DNA of 64,000 nt from an uncultured Clostridia bacterium (GCA_934141475.1 CAKPCG010000002.1:29165-93164); one strand, 5' to 3'; counted from the first letter of the stretch, positions 11,501 to 21,522 are shown. Numbers and translations are program-made. Notes: generated by a model not told the origin, from the letters alone.

Positions 11501-11877
11501 ACTTTGGCGACTTATCAGAATCAGAAAATGACGATTTATATTTATATATAAAAGAAGTAGCAGTAAGAGGAGGAAATCAAACGGTTCAAGTATCTAAAGC
11601 TATGAAATTAGATACAGAAAGTGATGTAGATACAAAAATTTACGTAGATAACAAAGAATTAAATTTTGACTTTAAATGGGATAACTCAAATGGGTCAAAT
11701 AACAACAATAACAGTGGTAACTCAAATAATTCACAAACTACTGGTGATAAAACAACATCTAAAATAAGCTTACCAAAAACAGGAGAAGGAAGAATATTTA
11801 TGATGATTGGAATTATAGCATTGGTTGGAGTTATAGCTTTTATAAGATACAAAATTATAAGTAAATATGTAAAATAA
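8548..11877 (+). CDS. cell-wall-anchored papain-family (C1A) cysteine peptidase with Big_3-like Ig repeats and an LPXTG sorting signal
   Basis: Signal peptide. Cys motif QNACWAFAAIAALES, His motif NHAVAIIGWDD and Asn/Trp motif KNSWG. Repeated ITTPPTKTTY...DKTGM units. C-terminal LPKTGEG followed by a hydrophobic stretch and RYK. Confidence 0.8.
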   Translation: MKTQKKLLISSLILIILISIANPIFAVNNTRSFKMVDYSDEYKEWLNLPENEKEKVLQPKLFNISSDYDKNSVVKKIRSLKASATTDNKYSLKDVIPENVVVRDQKNQNACWAFAAIAALESNIAMLNYKSGVTPKVYDYSERHMEYGTSRIFKDNKENEKGYNRNPGTGGSWYLADSYLTNGIGAVDEKDMPFEDNSDIIDISSIQKNVTTQVYDIKEFLATDKTELIKQIKEHVQNNGAVFTGLHGASIVGEDCYNKDTGAVYCNDSKKYPANHAVAIIGWDDNYSTTNFNEKLRPQSNGAWIVKNSWGEKLDYDLQELKEKIFNDNKEYLQNNGINSAQAIPDSVIEKIGFTIKDGRATMPVGDNGIMYVSYEDCNIGEMVYGIEKATDKVNYDYLYQYDEVYPSKLLNVAGTQKLLLSSTYSKQSDKKEYLTQVSLHCPETYICKVYVNPNGTSKDSKDLTQVSLKNGEEVTVGAGYHTLEFSKPIEINSSDFTVVVEVKGTKNDGTNVFLESKLADENIFSKVKVEANKCFVGVGTDLSNITWYDTSKLKDGNNNLDNGDLTIKAFTVSDVQDESLKSIEITTPPTKTTYFEGENFDKTGMIVTANYNNGKSETITDYNITNGTALKEGQTSVTISYQDKTVSQPITVTKNSVTKLEITTPPTKTTYKAGNSFDKTGMVVKATYLDNSQKEITDYEITDGDVLKNGQTAVTISYEGKTVTQSITVEDNQVTKLEITTPPTKVKYVVGQNFDKTGMVVKAKYEDNTEVEVKDYTIENGTNLTKDQKTVTVKYESKTVDQEITVEEKQVESIEMSKKPSKTKYMQNQEKLDLTGGAINVIYNDGSKEEVLLTAEGVEVTGFDNTKVGTNTLTVTYKNKTTTFDVEIEKELLPKNSDMGNAISKISALKLYLFTDKSEKEYMTIDTNVSGIKRYLDENDSYEYYYYMSTNKNESKITDWTKIKEEQKAEDKITFIANTNEMANFGDLSESENDDLYLYIKEVAVRGGNQTVQVSKAMKLDTESDVDTKIYVDNKELNFDFKWDNSNGSNNNNNSGNSNNSQTTGDKTTSKISLPKTGEGRIFMMIGIIALVGVIAFIRYKIISKYVK
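10300..11220 (+). repeat. tandem 231-bp (77-aa) coding repeats inside the peptidase gene (three good copies and a degenerate fourth)
   Basis: Units start at 10300, 10531 and 10762 (gaaattacaacacc[g/a]cctacaaaa...), with a weaker unit near 10993. Confidence 0.7.
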
Positions 11878-11895
11878 TAATTATTATACTTATAA

Positions 11896-11943
11896 ACTTC
11901 AAATTATTAAGTAAAACATACTTAATGATTTGAAGTTTTTTTA
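11896..11943 (+). terminator. rho-independent terminator hairpin after the peptidase gene
   Basis: acttcaaattattaagta / tacttaatgatttgaagt perfect inverted repeat followed by a T-run. Confidence 0.6.
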
Positions 11944-12094
11944 AAACAAAAAAATAGAGAAGCTTTGGGAAACTTCTCTATTCTGAAAATAAAAGGGGAT
12001 GTCTTTTTGTTTAAGCTAATTGCTTTTTCAATTAACTTACCTATAATATACACTATGTTTTTGTCCATTTTGTGAAAACAATGTGAAAAAATTA

Positions 12095-13336
12095 TTAATT
12101 AGAATTTTGTTCACCTAAAGTTAAGCTAATTTCTTTTTCTTGACCATTACGATTAATTTTTAATTTTATAGTATCACCAATTGAGTGTTTGTTTTTAATA
12201 TCATTTAATTCTGTCATTTTTGTAATTGTTTGACCATCTGCTGCAATAATTACATCACCAATTTTTAAACCAGCTTTTTCAGCTGCTGAATATTCATCAA
12301 CAGAAACAACATATACACCTGTAACTAAATTATATCTTTTAGCAGTTGTTTCATCTAAATCTCTACCAGATATTCCAATATATGGTCTTTTTACTGTTTG
12401 ATTTGTTTTTAATTGGTCTATAACATTTGTTGTAGAATTAATTGGAATTGCAAAACCTATTCCTTCTACACCAGTACTTGCAACTTTTAAAGTATTTATA
12501 CCAATAACTTGCCCTTGACTATTAACTAATGCTCCACCACTGTTTCCAGAGTTTATTGCTGCATCTGTTTGAATACATGTATAAGTTGTTTTACCATCAG
12601 AATCTTGAACTTTTCTATTTAATGCACTTACAATACCACATGTAATTGATGTTCCAAGGTCTAAAGGATTTCCAACAGCCATTGCAAATTCACCAACTTT
12701 TACAGTATCAGAATCAGCAAATTCAGCAGGTGTTAAACCAGTTTTATCAATTTTTAATACAGCTAAATCTGTTTGAGCGTCTTTTCCTATTATTTGAGCT
12801 TCATATTGTGTGTCATCTCCATATAAAGAAACTTTAAGAGAAGTTGCTTGAGAAATATCATAATAAGTTGATTCAGAAGAAGAATCTACAACGTGATTAT
12901 TTGTAACAATATAACCATCATCACTTATAATTATTCCAGAACCAGATGCAGTAGCCTCAGATGTTGAAGATTGACCTTGACCAAACATACTAAATAATGG
13001 TGAAGATGTTGTAACATTATAAGTTACTGTAATACCTACAATTGATGGTAATATTTTATTTGCAGCATATACTGTTGTATCTGAATAATTTGACAAAGAT
13101 ACCAAATCAGTATTTACTGTACCTGAAGTAGTTGATGAATTAGTTGATGTAGAAACCGATGCTTCAGTAGATGGAAATAATTTTGATTTTATACTAGGTA
13201 CTCCAAAACATGTACCTAAAACTAAACTGCATCCCAAAATTCCACTTAGAAATGGAACAACTACAGTTTTGCCAAATGAATTTGTATGATATGACTTAGG
13301 ATTATTAATTACATTTTTAAATTCGTTATCATTCAT
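12095..13336 (-). CDS. htrA: HtrA/DegP family serine protease with a PDZ domain
   Basis: Motifs TNNHVV, GNSGGALVNSQGQVIGINT and a C-terminal PDZ-like region. N-terminal TM segment. Confidence 0.85.
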   Translation of the reverse strand: MNDNEFKNVINNPKSYHTNSFGKTVVVPFLSGILGCSLVLGTCFGVPSIKSKLFPSTEASVSTSTNSSTTSGTVNTDLVSLSNYSDTTVYAANKILPSIVGITVTYNVTTSSPLFSMFGQGQSSTSEATASGSGIIISDDGYIVTNNHVVDSSSESTYYDISQATSLKVSLYGDDTQYEAQIIGKDAQTDLAVLKIDKTGLTPAEFADSDTVKVGEFAMAVGNPLDLGTSITCGIVSALNRKVQDSDGKTTYTCIQTDAAINSGNSGGALVNSQGQVIGINTLKVASTGVEGIGFAIPINSTTNVIDQLKTNQTVKRPYIGISGRDLDETTAKRYNLVTGVYVVSVDEYSAAEKAGLKIGDVIIAADGQTITKMTELNDIKNKHSIGDTIKLKINRNGQEKEISLTLGEQNSN

Positions 13337-13753
13337 AATAAAACCTCCTGTTTTTTATACTATTATAATTTATATTGTAATTATAATACAATACATTTGT
13401 GAAAATTATGTGAAAATAAATACAATTATTTGTGACTTATAGAAAAATGTCGAATTTTGCGATGAAAAGTTTAGGTAAAATAAAAAAATGTATTGACAAA
13501 AACTAAATATCGACATATACTTTAAACATAAATTATATAATTTTTTGTGATATTTTTTTGGATGCATACATAAAAATATTGCATATTCAAAAGAGTTATA
13601 ACTCAATATTATTTATTTCAAATTTTTAATTGTTAATTTTAAATAAAAATCCAAATGAAAAAATAAATAGGAGGTCGATATAATTAAAAACTTCTAAAAA
13701 CTAATAAAAAATTCTAAATTAAAAACATAGTGCTCCAGATAAATTATAGTTAA

Positions 13754-14326
13754 AGGAGGCATATAATAGAAAATTTATCTTATGATTATAAAAACAATGT
13801 CTTAAAACAAATAGAAACAAACAAAGAAAAACTAATAAAAGTACTAAAGCAAATACTACAAATAGAATTAACAGATTTAGAATTTAATCAAATAGAAAAG
13901 TTTCAAGAAATAGCAGAATATGAATTCTATCTTATAAATTTAGTAGGAAAAGTAAAAAATAATAAAAATCTAAAAATATTCGTAAAAAGTGTAAAAATAG
14001 GAAAAATCAAAGAATCTTTATTTTGTATTTGTAACTTAACTTATGACAAATATTTTAGTAATGTACAAATTTCAAATGAAAAAAATGTTCATAAAATTTC
14101 AATTATAGAAAAAAAGCAAAGCCAAAAATATATAAATAACGTTTTAGTAAAGTTATATGAAAAAAATTTACAAAAAGAAAAAATTTCTATGGAAATCTAT
14201 TTCGTTGAAATGTCAAAATTTATAAAAAGCAAAAAAGAAAAAACAAAAAGAATGGAGGATAATGAAATAAGCCAACAAGAAATAGTAATTATTGGTATAG
14301 AGCAAAATAATATTGATTTATTGTAA
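13754..14326 (+). CDS. hypothetical protein lacking a canonical start codon. Possible gene remnant.
   Basis: 191-codon open frame immediately after an AGGAGG at 13754 with no in-frame ATG/GTG near the 5' end. Contains IYFVEMSKF. Confidence 0.25.
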   Translation, partial: RRHIIENLSYDYKNNVLKQIETNKEKLIKVLKQILQIELTDLEFNQIEKFQEIAEYEFYLINLVGKVKNNKNLKIFVKSVKIGKIKESLFCICNLTYDKYFSNVQISNEKNVHKISIIEKKQSQKYINNVLVKLYEKNLQKEKISMEIYFVEMSKFIKSKKEKTKRMEDNEISQQEIVIIGIEQNNIDLL

Positions 14327-14378
14327 AAAATTTATTATAATAAATTTATTATAATAAATTCAAAAAGGAGTGAGTAGT

Positions 14379-14636
14379 ATGAAATATATATATGAACCAG
14401 AAGGAGTATGCTCTATGCAAATGATATTCGAAATAGATGAAGGTATAGTAAAAGAACTAAATATAATAGGAGGTTGTCCAGGAAACACAGTAGGTGTAGC
14501 ACAACTTATAAAAGGAAAGAAGATAGATGAAATAATAAATCTTTTAAAAGGTATTCCATGTGGCAACAAAGGGACATCATGTCCAGACCAAATAGCTAAA
14601 GCTCTTATAGAATTCAAAGAAAAATATAAAATTTAA
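14379..14636 (+). CDS. TSCPD-domain small protein
   Basis: GCPGNTVGVAQL...GTSCPDQIAKAL includes the eponymous TSCPD motif. AGGAG RBS and ATG at 14379. Confidence 0.6.
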   Translation: MKYIYEPEGVCSMQMIFEIDEGIVKELNIIGGCPGNTVGVAQLIKGKKIDEIINLLKGIPCGNKGTSCPDQIAKALIEFKEKYKI

Positions 14637-14646
14637 AAATATAAAA

Positions 14647-14692
14647 ATGAAAGAGAATCGTTTTTATAAAATTGATTCTCTTTCATTTTTTT
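14647..14692. terminator. bidirectional terminator hairpin between convergent genes
   Basis: atgaaagagaatc...gattctctttcat followed by a T-run. Confidence 0.5.
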
Positions 14693-14732
14693 TACACGAA
14701 TAATTTATACTATTTTTATAGTAATAATTACA

Positions 14733-16649
14733 CTATTTTTGATCAGGTTCAATTCCCATATATGGTAAAACTTCTGAAAGTATTTTAGAAACAACAGGAG
14801 CTGCAGTTTGTCCACCTTGGTGACTATCACCTTTAGGGTCATAAAGTGTAACTAAAATTACAACTTGAGTATTTTCAACAGGAGAAATAGCTATAAAAGA
14901 AGTTGTATAACCAGAACTTGTATCACCAACAACAGGCTCAGATGTTCCAGATTTACCACCAATAGAATAACCCTCAACTTGAGCATGTTTTCCAGTTCCA
15001 TCAGTTACAACAGATTTCATCATAGATTTTACTTGATTTGCAGTTTGAGAAGATAAAACCTGTCTAATTTTTGTTGTATCAAAACTTGTTACCTCACCAG
15101 TATCTGTATTAGTCATAGATTTTACAATTTTTGGTTTCAAAAGGTTACCATTATTTGCTATAGCAGAAACAGCTGTAATCATTTGAAGAGGCGTAATAGT
15201 AAATCTTTGTCCAAAAGACATTGTTGCAAGTTCAACACTTCCAACTTTGTCTAATTCGTGGAAAATACTAGAAGATTCACCAGGTAAACCAGAATTTGTT
15301 TTATCAAAAAGTCCGAAAGCCTTATAATATTTATATAATGTAGTAGCACCAATTCTTTTTCCCAATTGTATAAAAGATGGGTTACAAGAATCCATAAGAG
15401 CTTCTCTTAAAGATTCACCTTCATGTTTTTTATAATATGGAGCCTGGAAGTACCAACACTGAATAGGTTTATCTGCAACAACTTCAACACCATTACAATA
15501 AAAATCATTTTGAATATCTGTTTTAGTAATATTTTCTTCAAGTGCAACAGATGCTGTAATTAGTTTAAATACAGAACCAGGTTCATATGTTTCAAAAACA
15601 GAACGAATATGCCACATATTATATATTCTTGAATTTTTTTCTTCAGCAGATAAAGAATCCCAATTATTAGCATAATATGATGTAGGTGTAAAAGGACTAT
15701 TTAAGTCATAATCTGGATAAGATGCCATTGCCAAAATATCACCAGTGTTTGGATTCATAACAATACAATTTCCACCTTTAGAGCATGAATTTTCTTCAAC
15801 AGCTTCTTTTAAATATTTTTCAACAATGGATTGAATTTTTACATCCAAAGTAAGGGTTAAGTTATATCCATTTTCAGCTGGAATAAATGACTCTTGTGAA
15901 TTTGGAATTTCACTTTGAGAGGCATCTGTAGACATTACAATTTCACCAGAAGTACCTTTTAAAATAGAATTATAAGAAGACTCTATTCCTGCTAAACCTT
16001 GATTATCTGTACCACAAGAACCAATTACTTGTGATGCTAAAGAACCATAAGGATAATATCTTTTGGTATCTTCATCAATATTTATACCAGCAGAAACTTT
16101 GTTATCTGTTATCCATTCTTTCAATTTATTAACTTTGTCTTCTTCAACTTTTTTTACAATAGTAACAGAAGAATTAGCATTATTTAATTTTTCTAAAGTT
16201 TCATCATAATTTAGCTCGAAAATTTCAGAAAATTTACCAGCAAGAGTACTTTTTAGCTCAGATGTATCTTCATATTTTTTGCTTTTTAATTTAGTTGGAT
16301 TAACAGAAATTGTATCTACTGTTTCACTTATTGCAAGAGAAGCACCTGTAGAATCATAAATAGTACCTCTTTTACTATTAATTTTTTCACTTGTAGTTTG
16401 TTGTTTTGTTGCTAAATTAGATAGCCTAGTACCATCAATTATTTGCAAGTAAAATAATCTAATTGTAATTAAAACAAGTATAATAAAAACAATTATTAGT
16501 GAAATCTTTAGTTTTTTAGTAGATATAACATTTTCAATATTCATATTATTTTTTAATCTTGCAATTTTGTCATCTGTTTTAGATTTTATTATTTTATTTT
16601 TAACTTTTTTAGCAAGTTTTTTACTTTTTTTGTTCATAATAATCACCAT
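14733..16649 (-). CDS. class B penicillin-binding protein (peptidoglycan D,D-transpeptidase, FtsI/SpoVD-like)
   Basis: N-terminal TM helix. SxxK (GSVFK), SxN (SCN) and KTG-like (KSGTS) motifs. Confidence 0.85.
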   Translation of the reverse strand: MVIIMNKKSKKLAKKVKNKIIKSKTDDKIARLKNNMNIENVISTKKLKISLIIVFIILVLITIRLFYLQIIDGTRLSNLATKQQTTSEKINSKRGTIYDSTGASLAISETVDTISVNPTKLKSKKYEDTSELKSTLAGKFSEIFELNYDETLEKLNNANSSVTIVKKVEEDKVNKLKEWITDNKVSAGINIDEDTKRYYPYGSLASQVIGSCGTDNQGLAGIESSYNSILKGTSGEIVMSTDASQSEIPNSQESFIPAENGYNLTLTLDVKIQSIVEKYLKEAVEENSCSKGGNCIVMNPNTGDILAMASYPDYDLNSPFTPTSYYANNWDSLSAEEKNSRIYNMWHIRSVFETYEPGSVFKLITASVALEENITKTDIQNDFYCNGVEVVADKPIQCWYFQAPYYKKHEGESLREALMDSCNPSFIQLGKRIGATTLYKYYKAFGLFDKTNSGLPGESSSIFHELDKVGSVELATMSFGQRFTITPLQMITAVSAIANNGNLLKPKIVKSMTNTDTGEVTSFDTTKIRQVLSSQTANQVKSMMKSVVTDGTGKHAQVEGYSIGGKSGTSEPVVGDTSSGYTTSFIAISPVENTQVVILVTLYDPKGDSHQGGQTAAPVVSKILSEVLPYMGIEPDQK

Positions 16650-16746
16650 TCTTAAAATTTTTTATATTAAATGATAAATTTTTGTTTTTATTTTATAGTA
16701 ATTCACAATAAAAATCAACTAATTTACAAAAAAAGGAGGATAATAT

Positions 16747-18293
16747 TTGTTATCAAAAATAAAAAGTATGTCATTAGAAGGACTTAATGGATATTTAGTA
16801 GAAATCCAAGTAGATGTATCTGGAGGACTTCCAAGTTTTGAAATAGTGGGACTTCCAGGAATTAGAGTAAAAGAAGCAAAAGAAAGAGTAAGATCAGCAA
16901 TAAAAAATTCTAATATAGAATTTCCAAGTAGAAAAATAGTTATAAACTTAGCACCTGCCAATATAAGAAAAGAAGGAACATTTTATGATTTACCAATAGC
17001 AATTGGAATTCTAATTGCATTCGGGGAAATAAGAAACATAAAAATAGATGGATTTGAAAGTACAATTTTTTTGGGAGAACTTTCATTAGATGGAAAAATA
17101 AATGGTGTAAATGGAGTTTTACCAATATGTATAGAGGCATTAGAATTAGGAATAAAAAGGGTTATAATTCCAAGAGAAAATGTATTAGAAGCATCTATTA
17201 TAAAAGGGGTAGAAATTATTCCAGCAGACAATTTAAAAGATGTAATAAAATATTTAAAAGGAGAGAAAATTTTACAAAAATATATATCAACTAAAAATAT
17301 CAGCTTAAATAACGATACAAATTATGGCATAGATTTTTCAGAAGTAAAAGGGCAGGAAAATGCCAAAAGAGCCCTAGAAATAGCTGCAACACGGATCACA
17401 TAATTGTTTACTACTTCGGAAGTCCAGGATCAGGAAAAACCATGCTCTCAGAAAGATTCCCAACTATTTTACCAGATTTAACATTTGAAGAAGCCTTAGA
17501 AATCACCAAAATACATAGTGTATCTGGCAAAATTGACGGGAAAAGTGGACTAATAACAAAAAGACCATTTAGAAGACCACACCATACAAGCTCACCAATT
17601 TCAATAATAGGTGGAGGAAGAAATCCAAAGCCAGGAGAAATAAGCCTTGCTCATTTTGGTGTTTTATTTTTAGATGAACTTACAGAGTTTAAAAAGCAAA
17701 CTTTAGAAATGTTAAGAGGACCACTAGAAGACAGAAAAGTATCAATAAGCAGAATAAGTTCAAGTTTAGCATATCCTGCGAATTTTATTTTAATAGCAAG
17801 TATGAATCCATGTCCTTGTGGATATTATGGAACAGATAATGAAAAATGTAAATGCACAGAAAATGCTATATCAAACTATATAGGAAAATTAAGTGGACCA
17901 CTTTTAGATAGAATTGATTTACATATAGAAGTAAAACCTGTAGAATACAAAAAAATTAGTTCAAATCAAAAAACAGAATCATCAAAGCAAATAAAAGAAA
18001 GAGTAAATAAGGCAAGAAAAATGCAATTAAAAAGATACAAAAATTTAGATATATATTCAAATAGCGAACTTACACCAAACCTTATAGAAAAATATTGTAA
18101 AATAGACAATGAATCAAAAATTTTATTAAAAAAAGCATTTGAAAAGTTAGACTTAAGCGGTAGAGCATATTCAAGAATTTTAAAAGTTGCAAGGTCAATT
18201 GCAGATTTAGATGGTGAAGAGAAAATATCTAAAGTTCATATTGCAGAAGCGATTCAATATAGAAGTTTGGATAGGAAATATTGGAGAAAGTGA
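16747..18293 (+). CDS. comM: YifB/ComM family Mg-chelatase-like ATPase. The 0 frame is interrupted and needs two +1 events at in-frame CGG codons (17392, 17417).
   Basis: Track ORFs 16747..17403 and 17442..18293 are the N- and C-halves. Skipping the C at 17392 and at 17417 gives [29 protein letters not shown], a canonical Walker A. Confidence 0.6.
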
Positions 18294-18348
18294 GGCGTGA
18301 GAAGAGATAAAGAAATGAAAAAAAATATAAAGGAGGAATTATTGAAAA

Positions 18349-19362
18349 ATGATCGGAAATGAAAGCAATCTATGTGGAAAAAAATGTAAGAAAATAGTAA
18401 ATGATAACAAAGCTGATCTACCAAAATATAATAAAGCACAAAATGAAAATAAGCTATATTCAAAAAATTGGGACAAAATATCGATAAATGATAAATTATA
18501 TCCGGAAAAATTAAAGAAAATAAAAAATCCTCCATTAGAATTATATGTAATAGGAGATAAAAATATTTTAAATTCAAATTGTCTATCGGTTGTGGGAGCT
18601 AGAAAAAATACAGAATATGGAGAAAAATACTGCAAAATATTTACCAAAGAATTGATTAAATATAATTTAATAATAGTAAGTGGAATGGCTAAAGGAATAG
18701 ATACAATAGCCCATACAACTACAATTTTAAACAAAGGAAAAACAATTGCAGTATTACCATGTGGATTCCAAAATATTTATCCAAAAGAAAATATGAGTTT
18801 GTATAAAAAAATAATAGAAAATGGAGGATGTGTAATTACAGAATATAAACCAGTGGAAAAAGCAGATTCGGCAAAGTTTTTAGAAAGAAACAGAATTGTA
18901 AGTGGCCTATCTATAGCGACTTTAGTTATTGAAGCAAGTTTAAGGAGTGGAACAAGTGTTACTGCAAGATATGCAAAAGAACAACAAAGAGATGTTTTTT
19001 GTATACCTGGAAGCCTAGAAAATCCTAAAAGTCAAGGGACAAATAAACTAATAAAAGAATTTGCTAAACTTGTTACAAAACCTGAAGATATAACAAAAAA
19101 CTATAAATTTTTAACTAAAATAGAAACTAACATTGACGATGATAATATTAATGAGCAAAAAACAAATTTAGCAGAAGAAATCCCAATTACGTATCGAAAA
19201 ATATATAATCAAATAAAAAATATAAAAATAGATATAAATGAAATAGCCAGAAAAAGCAATACACCATTAAAAGAAGTTATGGCAAAACTATTAGTTTTAG
19301 AACTAGATGGAAAAATTAAAAAACTACCAGGAAATATGTATATAAGGAGTGAAGAAACATAA
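18349..19362 (+). CDS. dprA: DNA-protecting/processing protein DprA (Smf)
   Basis: Motifs LSVVGARKNTEYGEKY, VSGMAKGIDTIAH and LPCGFQNIYPKEN. Adjacent to comM as is typical. Confidence 0.85.
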   Translation: MIGNESNLCGKKCKKIVNDNKADLPKYNKAQNENKLYSKNWDKISINDKLYPEKLKKIKNPPLELYVIGDKNILNSNCLSVVGARKNTEYGEKYCKIFTKELIKYNLIIVSGMAKGIDTIAHTTTILNKGKTIAVLPCGFQNIYPKENMSLYKKIIENGGCVITEYKPVEKADSAKFLERNRIVSGLSIATLVIEASLRSGTSVTARYAKEQQRDVFCIPGSLENPKSQGTNKLIKEFAKLVTKPEDITKNYKFLTKIETNIDDDNINEQKTNLAEEIPITYRKIYNQIKNIKIDINEIARKSNTPLKEVMAKLLVLELDGKIKKLPGNMYIRSEET

Positions 19363-19382
19363 ATAAAAAAGAATTTGGAAAT

Positions 19383-19718
19383 TTGGGAGAAAATATAAGC
19401 TTAAAATATTTAGAAAAGATAGGATATAAAATATTAGAAAAAAATTTCGCATGTAGACAAGGGGAAATAGATATAATTGCAAAAGACAAATTAGAAATAG
19501 TAATTATAGAAGTAAAAACAAGAAGCAATTTAAATTATGGAAATCCAAGAGAGGCAGTAGACAAGAACAAGAAAAATCATATATATAATAGTGCAAAATA
19601 CTATATACATGTAAATAAATTAGAAAATAATTATATTAGATTTGACGTAATAGAAATATACAAAATTAAAAATCGTTTTAAATTAAAGCACCTGAAAAAT
19701 GTTGACATAAAGCATTGA
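19383..19718 (+). CDS. yraN: YraN family (UPF0102) endonuclease-like protein. The start codon is uncertain (TTG at 19383, or ATA at 19359 after AGGAG).
   Basis: ISLKYLEKIGYKILEKNF...GEIDIIAKD...IIEVKTR is the YraN pattern. Confidence 0.6.
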   Translation: MGENISLKYLEKIGYKILEKNFACRQGEIDIIAKDKLEIVIIEVKTRSNLNYGNPREAVDKNKKNHIYNSAKYYIHVNKLENNYIRFDVIEIYKIKNRFKLKHLKNVDIKH

Positions 19719-19822
19719 TTTAAACTAAAAAATGTAGTAAAATATTTTAGTGAATTAAAGAATGAAAAAAGCAATAGATAAAAAATATATATAAGAAAAT
19801 AAAAAAGTAAAGGAATAAAAAA

Positions 19823-20701
19823 ATGAGTGTATTAGAAGAAACTAAATTTTTAATGAAAAAGTATAAAATAAAAGCAAATAAAAGCCTTGGACAAAATTTT
19901 TTAATAGATGATACAGTAATCGAAGACATCGTAGAAGGAGCAAAAATTGAAAAAGATGATTTAGTAATAGAAATAGGCCCTGGACTAGGTAGTATGACAG
20001 CAAAATTATTAGAAAAAGCAAAAAAAGTTATATGTGTAGAGTTAGACAGAAAAATGATACAAATATTGAATGATAGATTTATAGCATATGACAATATAGA
20101 GTTAATAAATAGTGATGTACTAAAATTAGATATCAACAAAATTATAAAAGAAGAAAAAGAGCAAAATCAAATAAAAGACGTAAAGATAGTTGCTAATCTT
20201 CCATATTATATTACAACACCAATTATAATGAAATTACTAGAAGAAAATTTAGACATAGAAAGCATAACTGTAATGATACAAAAAGAGGTTGCAGAAAGAT
20301 TAATTGAAGTTCCTAGTGGTAAAAATACAGGTGCGATTACATATACTGTTTATTATTACTGCGAATCACAAAAAATAAGAGAAGTCGAAAATACATGTTT
20401 TGTACCAATGCCAGAAGTTACATCAGAAGTTATAAATTTAAAACTAAGAAAAGAACCACCTATAAAAGTTGAAGACAAAAAAATATTTTTCAATATTATA
20501 AAAAGTGCATATATGCAAAGAAGAAAAACACTTGTAAATGCTTTAGTAAATACAGGAGTTTTTACATCAAAAGAAGAAGGTATAAAGGTTTTAAAAACAC
20601 TAAATTTAAGAGAAGATATTAGAGCGGAAAACCTAACAATAGAGGATTTCGGTAGAATTTGTAATATATTTTGTAGTAAAAATACAAAAAAAGGCTTTTA
20701 A
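19823..20701 (+). CDS. rsmA: 16S rRNA (adenine1518/1519-N6)-dimethyltransferase
   Basis: Motifs LGQNFLID, IEIGPGLGSMT and NLPYYITTPI. Confidence 0.9.
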   Translation: MSVLEETKFLMKKYKIKANKSLGQNFLIDDTVIEDIVEGAKIEKDDLVIEIGPGLGSMTAKLLEKAKKVICVELDRKMIQILNDRFIAYDNIELINSDVLKLDINKIIKEEKEQNQIKDVKIVANLPYYITTPIIMKLLEENLDIESITVMIQKEVAERLIEVPSGKNTGAITYTVYYYCESQKIREVENTCFVPMPEVTSEVINLKLRKEPPIKVEDKKIFFNIIKSAYMQRRKTLVNALVNTGVFTSKEEGIKVLKTLNLREDIRAENLTIEDFGRICNIFCSKNTKKGF

Positions 20702-20752
20702 AATAGCAAAAAAAATGTTATAATTGACTAAGAATAAAAGTAGGAGGTATGT

Positions 20753-21466
20753 ATGAATCAAATTCTAATAACACAAAAATTATATATAACTCCAGAATTA
20801 AAGAGAAAAAAGAGAATGTATAAAATAAACTTTATAATATCAGTAATATTAATAGTTATTTTATTTTCATTTTACGCATATGCGGAATACGATAGAAACA
20901 AAAATGCAGATATCTCACAAGATATACTTGCAGAAATGTCTGATAATACAGTAATAAGTAATAAAAGTGATGTATGGATAGTAGCATTAGATGGAGAAGA
21001 TGACTCAAAATCAACAGAAACAGTAATTTCAAATTCAAAAAGTTTAACAAATACATATACTGCATCTGATGGAAAAAAATATGAAATGGTAGGAAGTGTA
21101 AAAATACCTACTATAAATGTAGATTATCCAATTTTATCAGAAACGTCAGATAGTTTACTAAAAGTTTCTGTATGTAAATTCTGGGGAAGCAATCCAAACC
21201 AAGTTGGAAATTTATGTATAGCAGGACATAACTATAGAAATAAAAGATTCTTTAGTAAAGTACCAACTCTAACAGTTGGGGACATAATAGAAATCACAGA
21301 TTTAAATAAAAAAACAGTTAAATATTCTGTATATGATAAATATACGGTTGATCCTGAAGATACAAGTTGCACTAGCCAAATAACAAATGGAAAAAGAATA
21401 GTTACTCTTATTACATGTACAAATGATAGTAAACAAAGAGTAATAGTACAAGCAGAAGCTATATAA
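20753..21466 (+). CDS. sortase family transpeptidase
   Basis: N-terminal TM helix. LCIAGHNY (His) and TLITCT (catalytic Cys, TLxTC) motifs. Confidence 0.75.
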   Translation: MNQILITQKLYITPELKRKKRMYKINFIISVILIVILFSFYAYAEYDRNKNADISQDILAEMSDNTVISNKSDVWIVALDGEDDSKSTETVISNSKSLTNTYTASDGKKYEMVGSVKIPTINVDYPILSETSDSLLKVSVCKFWGSNPNQVGNLCIAGHNYRNKRFFSKVPTLTVGDIIEITDLNKKTVKYSVYDKYTVDPEDTSCTSQITNGKRIVTLITCTNDSKQRVIVQAEAI

Positions 21467-21482
21467 TATTCTAAAGAACAAA

Positions 21483-21522
21483 AAAATATCTTTTCGAAAA
21501 TTAAATCGAAAGGATATTTTTA
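21483..21522. terminator. bidirectional terminator hairpin
   Basis: atatcttttcga...tcgaaaggatat inverted repeat flanked by A/T runs. Confidence 0.4.

Noticed and set aside
19359-19385. Start-codon assignment for yraN at an ATG
   Set aside because: There is no in-frame ATG before the conserved N-terminus. Only TTG (19383) or ATA (19359, after AGGAG) are available, so the start is left uncertain.
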